64,000 nucleotides of DNA from Phoronis australis (Eukaryota; Animalia; Phoronida), in NCBI GenBank assembly GCA_002633005.1, contig NMRA01000103.1, forward strand, positions 18,576 through 82,575. Direction: 5' to 3'. Position 1 is the stretch's first letter, and every line of letters starts with the position of its first letter. The notes beneath the pieces are model-generated. The model saw only the letters and a list, made by a program, of their open reading frames with translations, did not search any database and was not told where the DNA came from. Of this stretch, positions 57,739 to 64,000 are shown one piece after another. The translations under genes and the position numbers were made by a program.

Positions 57739-59571
57739 TTATGCGCCCACATATTTATATGTGGACGCATTATGCCGTCATCTCCGTCCGTCGGTCCGGG
57801 TGGCGTCCGTCCGGCGTCCGGTGTCCAGCGTCCGCTGCTCTATCTCCAAAACCCTTTGACATACGTTCATGAAACTTGGCACATATGCTCCATTCATGAA
57901 TGGGACGGCATGTACGAACTTTCAGACGGATCCGACTACCGGTGTGCCCCCTAGTGGCAATTTTAGTTTTTTACGCTTACCTTTGTATCTTCAAAAGTCC
58001 TGAACGGATTTTCATGAAATTTGGTATGTAGGCACCTATTAGTCAGATGACGCTATCCTCCCGTTTTCAGATGGATTCGACATAGTTTGCGCCAACTAGT
58101 GGCCATTTTTAGTGTTTTCGAGTCTGTTTTTGTGCGTCCACCCCTCTATCAACCAAACCGCTCAAAGGATGATTGTGAAAATTGGCATGTATATGCTTAC
58201 TATGTAGAGGACGGTTGACGATGATTTTCCGACGATTTTGACCACTGTGGCGCCTCCTAGTGGCAGTTTTTGTTTTTTTACGCCTATGGCTGTATCTCCT
58301 AAACCGTTCGCAGGATCGTTACGAAATTGTGTAAGGATATTTATATGATGTTAACAACTGAAGATGACGACTTTTGGACGGATCCGACTACCGGTGTGCC
58401 CCCTAGTGGCAATTTTAATTTTTTTACGCATACCTTTGTATCTTCAAAAGTCCTGAACGGATTTTCATGAAATTTGGTATGTAGGCACCTATTAGTGAGA
58501 TGACGCTATCCTCCCGTTTTCAGATTGATTCCACATAGTTTGCGCCACCTAGTGGCCATTTTTAGTGTTTTCGAGTCTGTTTTTGTGCATTCACCTCTCT
58601 ATCAACCAAACTGCTCGAAGAATGATTGTGAAAATTGGCATGTATATGCTTACTATGTAGAGGACGGTTGACGATGATTTTCAGACGATTTGGACTACTG
58701 TGGCGTCTCCTAGTGGCAGTTTTGTTTTGTTTGCGCCTATGGCTGTATCTCCTAAACCGTTCGCAGTATCTTTACGAAATTTAATAAGTGTATTCATATT
58801 ATGTTAACAATAGACGATGACGACTTTTGGACGGATCCGCTTACCAGTGTGGCCCCTAGTGGCAATTTTATTTTTTTACGTTTACCTCTGTATCTTCACA
58901 AGTCCTTAACGGAGTTTCATGAAATTTGGTATGTAGGCACCTATTAGTGCGATGACGCTATCCTCCCGTTTTCGGATGGATTTGACCTAGTTTGCAACAC
59001 CCAGTGGCCAGTTTTACTGTTTTTGAGTCTGTTTTTTGCGTCCACCCCATGGCTGTATCTCCCAAACCGTTTGCAGGATCTTTACTAAATTTAGCAAGTG
59101 TATTTATGTGATGTTGACAACGGACGATGAGGACTTTAGGATGATTCTGACTACAGGTATGCCTTTAGTGGCAATTTTAGTACTTTACATTGACCTCTGT
59201 ATTTTCATAGGTCTTCAGGTGTATACTTTGCGTTACTTCGTGACTATGAAGGAAAAGTTCCAAGTAGAAATTTGTTTCTGGCATTCTAATGCTGTGCTAA
59301 TCTTGTATGTTGGTAAATTTGTTTTTAAGTCTATGTTTCTGTGGTGCTTTAAGCAACTGATGTATAGGATGTGCTTGTATTATGAAGATCACTCACATTT
59401 TGCCGCTAGCCTATTGAGGAGACAATGACCATGACTTTCCATTTTGCAAAGTACAACATACTACATATATGCCCTCTACTGGCCACTTTATGGTACCAAT
59501 AAACAACCCTAGAAGGATACCGTATGCGGTGCAATTGTAGGCGCATTTCAATGCTCTGCGTTGCTCTTGTT
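57739..59571 (+). mobile_element. Full-length young HINE-like element
   Basis: 5' ATGCGCCCAC plus IR and (GTCC)n; ~450-bp units; 3' GTAGGCGCAT plus stem-loop CAATGCTCTGCGTTG and CTTGTT. Confidence 0.8.
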
Positions 59572-60528
59572 ATGTTTTCCGTTGTTTCTCTGAGGTTCCT
59601 TGACAGATTTTTTATGAAATATGGCGTGTTCCTGTTTTTGGATGGATTGTATGTTTTTGCGCCATCTAGTTGGCAGGGCTCGACATAACGAGCTGCAGGT
59701 CGCATTTACGACCTGAAATTTGGAAATGCGAGCTGAGATTTTTGTCAGCTCGTATCAAGTCGCAAAATGCGACCTGGAATTTCCAACGAATGCGAGCTGA
59801 GTTTTTACACTTCTCATCAGATACCTGGCAAGTAGAAAGCAGCTCTTGTTAATCCGACCGTTATTTGGTTGTTGCCAAATCCAAGTTCAAAAGAACACTA
59901 ACCGAGAACAGCCCTTCCGATGACTTGTAAGCAAGTCGCGTGAACATGGGATATGCAGAATCGATCTTTGACGCGTTTCATTGGCTAACTTTTTCGGCAA
60001 CTTTTGTAAATTCCCGGATTCGCCAAAGAAAGTTTCTGGCCACTGCTTAAATACGTGATAAAACTTCACAAAACAACGGTGTTTCTATTAATTCTTAAGC
60101 GATCAACAAACCAAACTTTATGGTGGACAAAAACTTTTTTTTTCACAGAAGATGTCCTTATTACATGTACCAAATATCCACGACAATACCCCTGATATTG
60201 CACTGCGGCACCGTTGGTGCGCACGCGGTCCCGGCAGACAATCGTGACTTAGACTGAGATGTGCTTCTCCTTTTTATCGTATTAAGACAGCCAAAGTGAA
60301 AATGATAGCCTTATTAATCGCCAAACGACGGTCACGTCTTCACTTTCAGTTGCCAAGAAATTCTCAAACCCTTTACTTGTTTCTGGGGCTACGTGCGCGA
60401 AATATGATTTGTGTTTCACACGTTGTTGCCAACGTAAAGTGTAGGCCTACTCCAGCGATTCAAGTGCGTGAACTCACGCGTGCGCACCACTTCAAAGAAC
60501 AGCGACAGTCCTAAATGAAAGAGTATAC

Positions 60529-61318
60529 CGGCTTGGCTCTGATTTATTTGAAATTGAACTCAGATTCCCAGCGGTTATAAAAGACCCGATGTCTCGGAAC
60601 CGATATAACCCAGAACCGATGTTTTCCTGTTGCGATGTTTCCCGAGGTCGATGTTCTGTAAACCCTGCATTCTATGCCCGTAGCCAGCTATTGCAACTAA
60701 ACTGGAAATAGAGGCGAAATTGTGGTTAAAGTTAGTGAACTTTTCATCTTTATACACCCCCCCCGGCAACTTTTCGCTCCCCGAACCACCGTCGCCGTAA
60801 AATGTCCAGACTCTCCTCGCAAAATCGTATTATTATCGACTATGTTCACGCACAAGCCTACTCCCTACCTTTAAAGTGTTTCATAATAAGCGCTCACTGA
60901 TCTATTAAAAGTCCGCCCTTAAATTTTGAGAATTTCAAATTAAGCGCCACAGTTCAAGCTAGCGCCCATCATAGCGCACTACAAACGACCGCGTGTGGCT
61001 TAAAATTGACACGCAGCTTATATGGTGTGTCACTTTCATTTTACACTTCAGTTTTCAAAAACGTCTTTTCACAATATGTAAAAACCAAATCCCGGCTTTA
61101 TTTTATACCTCGGAAAGAAAGTAAGGACTAGTGACATGCGTGTCATATTGTGACTGACCTATTTTTTCCGTACTTGGAAGGTATTGAAGAGCAAACTCGC
61201 CATTACCCGAGTTAGTTTGAATCTTTAACGTAGGAGGCCAGATCTAACAAAATACCAGATACCTGCATGAATGAAGTCAATTTTGAGATCCAAAATTTGT
61301 GAGTATTTAACGCTGCAG
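60529..61318. promoter_or_regulatory. Putative bidirectional promoter and first non-coding exons of SPICE1 (-) and MCPH1 (+)
   Basis: CpG-rich unique region; minus-strand donor GTATAC at 60528, plus-strand donor CAG|GTAAGA at 61319; CDE/CHR-like motifs at 60934-60967; both ATG exons have acceptors just upstream of the start. Confidence 0.55.
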
Positions 61319-61743
61319 GTAAGAGCATAATCTAAACATTTTCTCGATGATCTGGCCTGGAGCTCGATTCAGTTGATCCACTAAATTTTTTATTCAGGGA
61401 ATTAGTCCAAAAAACAAATCATTGTATGTAGGCTAATACTTGTACATGGCGATGAATTATTTAGATAAAAAATATAAATGAGCAGTATAATTGTGTTTAA
61501 CAAAAGCAAAAGGAAATTATACGGAATCTCAAGACTAACATATTAACAGAAATGAAAGCAAATCAATAAGGTCATCATAATGTATACATTAAGTCAATTG
61601 CTGACTTTGACATTTAAAATGAAATCACTAAGGTTTTAGAGTAATAAGACGTCTTATGATGTAACACTGGTTGCTCTCCTGTGTATTTTAACAACTGATG
61701 GCTATCGCCGAGAGCTGATGATAACTTTTGAGTAAGAGTCAAA

Positions 61744-61994
61744 TACCCAACTAAGGTGTTGTTACCACCATACCCAACTAAGGTGTTGTTACCACCATAC
61801 CAAACTAAGGTGTTGTTACCACCATACCAAACTAAGGTGTTGTTACCACCATACCAAACTAAGGTGTTGTTACCACCATACCAAACTAAGGTGTTGTTAC
61901 CACCATACCCAACTAAGGTGTTGTTACCACCATACCAAACTAAGGTGTTGTTACCACAATACCAAACTAAGGTGTTGTTACCACCATACCAAAC
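61744..61994. repeat. Minisatellite, 27-bp unit x~9
   Basis: TACCAAACTAAGGTGTTGTTACCACCA in tandem. Confidence 0.95.
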
Positions 61995-62102
61995 TCTTCT
62001 CTTGGAAGACCCACCTCTAGATCTCCCACATCATTTCAACTGCAGCCATCCTTGGACATTCTATTAAATATATGTTATTTTATACCACAGAAAATTGTCA
62101 GG

Positions 62103-62247
62103 ATGAATTGTTTTGAGAGTCCATTGACTGAAAGTCAAGGCCACAACAGTCTGGAGTCGACACTGGATAGGAACATTATTTTGGACTCAGATGATGAAGA
62201 TGAAATTTTGCTATCTACTCAACCTGTTGATCAAAGAGTTTTGAAAG
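62103..62247 (+). CDS. MCPH1: MCPH1 first coding exon
   Basis: CACAG acceptor ends at 62090, ATG at 62103, AAG|GTACAC donor. Confidence 0.8.
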
Positions 62248-63032
62248 GTACACTTATTGATCAGGCATCTTGTATCTCGTTATTCTTGACCAATTTCAAT
62301 CTCTATGGCGACAGAGTGTTGTTGATTGCATTTTTTTGATTTTGAGTTTTGTTTGTTTAGATATGATGGATGATAAGTTTGTATTAAGTAATCATGGACT
62401 ATTAATTGTTTAGATGTGATGAATGATAAGTTTGTATTAAGTAATCATGTACTATTAATTGCTTTGAAATCCTGTTTGATTGTTTACATGAAAAAAATGC
62501 ATAATGCTTTCACATACTATGGTGTTATATCAAGTGACTGGACATTATCTTCATACATTATGTTGGTTGACACTGTGAACTTTCATATGATTTGTGAAAC
62601 ATATTGGGAACCTCTTTGAGTGAATACTTGGAAAAAAGTTCTGTCAATAGACAGTACCACTTTTACAGACATCTGTAGGAAGCTTTGGCGTAAAATCAAC
62701 CACAATTTATAACAATAATCTGATAATTTTTTCTGCTTGCATTTTCTCTAATTTTCCTGTTTTGCTTTCGAAATGGTATAAATTAATTCATTTCTCTTTG
62801 CCTAACCCGTTGTTACTATCTCGCCAGATGTAGTGGCGTACGTTGAGGTACGTTCCAATGCCGAGAACCGCAGCAAAGCCGTACAGCACGAGCTTGAACT
62901 GCTCGGTGCGGCCATTTCTAAGAAGTTTGGCCCTGAGGTGACACACGTAGTATTCAAGGACGGAAAAAAAAGCACGAGGGAGAAAGCGATTAAGAAAGGG
63001 GTGTTCTTGGTTTCTGTTCTTTGGGTTGACAG
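62103..63032 (+). CDS. MCPH1: Microcephalin, 5' part (coding exons 62103-62247 and 62828-63032; gene continues beyond the window)
   Basis: Spliced VLK|DVVAYVEVRSNAENRSKAVQHELELLGAAISKKFGPEVTHVVFKDGKKSTREKAIKKGVFLVSVLWVD matches the recalled MCPH1 BRCT1 (ILKDVVAYVEV...VTHVIFKDG...LVSVLWV); phase-1 GT-AG intron. Confidence 0.9.
62828..63032 (+). CDS. MCPH1: MCPH1 BRCT1 exon
   Basis: CCAG acceptor ends at 62827, AG|GTGAGG donor at 63033. Confidence 0.9.
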
Positions 63033-63490
63033 GTGAGGTGGAAATTTTCTCCATTACCATTCATTTCGTGTTGTCTCTAAATAATTCAGTAGTAGAAGTG
63101 CCGTGCACGTGTGTACCATCTTGTCTCTTAAGTCATTCAGTGATACTAGTCCATTGCAAACCTGGGTGCCATACAAACCCTACATACTCATATGGAAATT
63201 TGACTTGCTGAATGCAAGTAGGCTTTTTCTTTTAAACAATATGCAACTCGGTGGTCGGTTTGTTAGTAACTAATTGAAGACTCAATCATCAATGTATTTA
63301 TCAGCGGATAGTTCCCACAAATGAAATCAAGCTACCCCCACCACAGTAAGTATCAGTCTCACAAGTACAAAGACATAGTCCATCAAAAGCCTACTACAAC
63401 CACCATAATAAGTATTGAGACAGTTCTACAAGTACAAAGACATAGTCCACCAAAAGCCTACTACAGCAGCATATTCTTTGTGATGGGTTT

Positions 63491-64000
63491 TTATGCGCCC
63501 ACGTATTTATATGTGGACGCATTATGCTGTCATCTCCGTCCGTCCGTCCGGGCGGCGTCCGTCCGGCGTCTGGCGTCCGACGTCCGCTGCTCTATCTCCA
63601 AAACCCTTTGACATACGTTCATGAAATTTGACACATATGTTCCATTCATGAATGGCACGGCATGTGCGAACTTTCGGACGGATCCGACTACCGGTGTGCC
63701 CCCTAGTGACAATTTTAGTTTTTTACGCTTACCTTTGTATCTTCAAAAGTCCTGAACGGATTTTCATGAAATTTAGTATGTAGGCACCTTGTAGTGAGAT
63801 GACGCTATCCTGCCGTTTTCAGATGGATTCGACATAGTTTGCGCCACCTAGTGGCCATTTTTAGTGTTTTAGAGTCTGTTTTTGTGCGTCCACCCCTCTA
63901 TCAACCAAACCGCTCAAAGGATGATTGTGAAAATTGGCATGTATATGCTTACTATGTAGAGGACGGTTGACGATGATTTTCCGACGATTTCGACTACTGT
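63491..64000 (+). mobile_element. Young HINE-like element, 5' part (runs off the window)
   Basis: TTATGCGCCCAC...GTGGACGCAT, (GTCC)n, first monomers. Confidence 0.8.

Larger units (their letters stand above)
55115..59673 (+). mobile_element. Older HINE-like element split by two insertions (own segments ~55115-56260, 57377-57738, 59572-59673)
   Basis: GCGCCCACATATTTATATGTGGACGCAT plus (GTCC)n start; later segments match 15467-16632 in reverse. Confidence 0.7.

Noticed and set aside
59036-59428. 130-aa ORF recurring in several places
   Set aside because: Lies within HINE copies, is broken differently in each copy and shows no recognisable domain
60575-60769. 64-aa minus-strand ORF as a first coding exon
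   Set aside because: Stops before the donor and SPICE1 homology begins at ATG 49778; at most a uORF
61756-62067. (LLPPYQTKV)n ORF upstream of MCPH1
   Set aside because: 27-bp minisatellite in a probable 5' intron; non-ATG start

Overview
Eukaryotic (animal, most likely an invertebrate deuterostome-like), AT-rich, intron- and transposon-rich genomic window, read by eye. Three genes can be reconstructed. (1) A two-exon TCF24/TCF23-family bHLH gene on + (CDS 328-657 and 8128-8190). (2) A complete SPICE1 (CCDC52) centriole gene on - (18 coding exons, 49778 down to 10146, about 815 aa; one acceptor is uncertain). (3) The 5' end of MCPH1/microcephalin on + (first BRCT domain, 62103-63032), head-to-head with SPICE1 across a putative bidirectional promoter with CDE/CHR-like motifs. 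Introns are filled with nested non-autonomous DNA transposons (hAT-like, Harbinger-like, Kolobok-like with a THAP relic, P-like), tRNA-derived fragments and minisatellites. The most striking non-genic signal is a DINE-1/HINE-like (Helentron-associated) family. Its ~450-bp central repeat consists of three ~150-bp monomers, each carrying a near-consensus CTCF motif. These motifs point rightwards in all copies at 15-33 kb and leftwards in all copies at 55-64 kb. No database searches were run; gene names rest on recalled family motifs.
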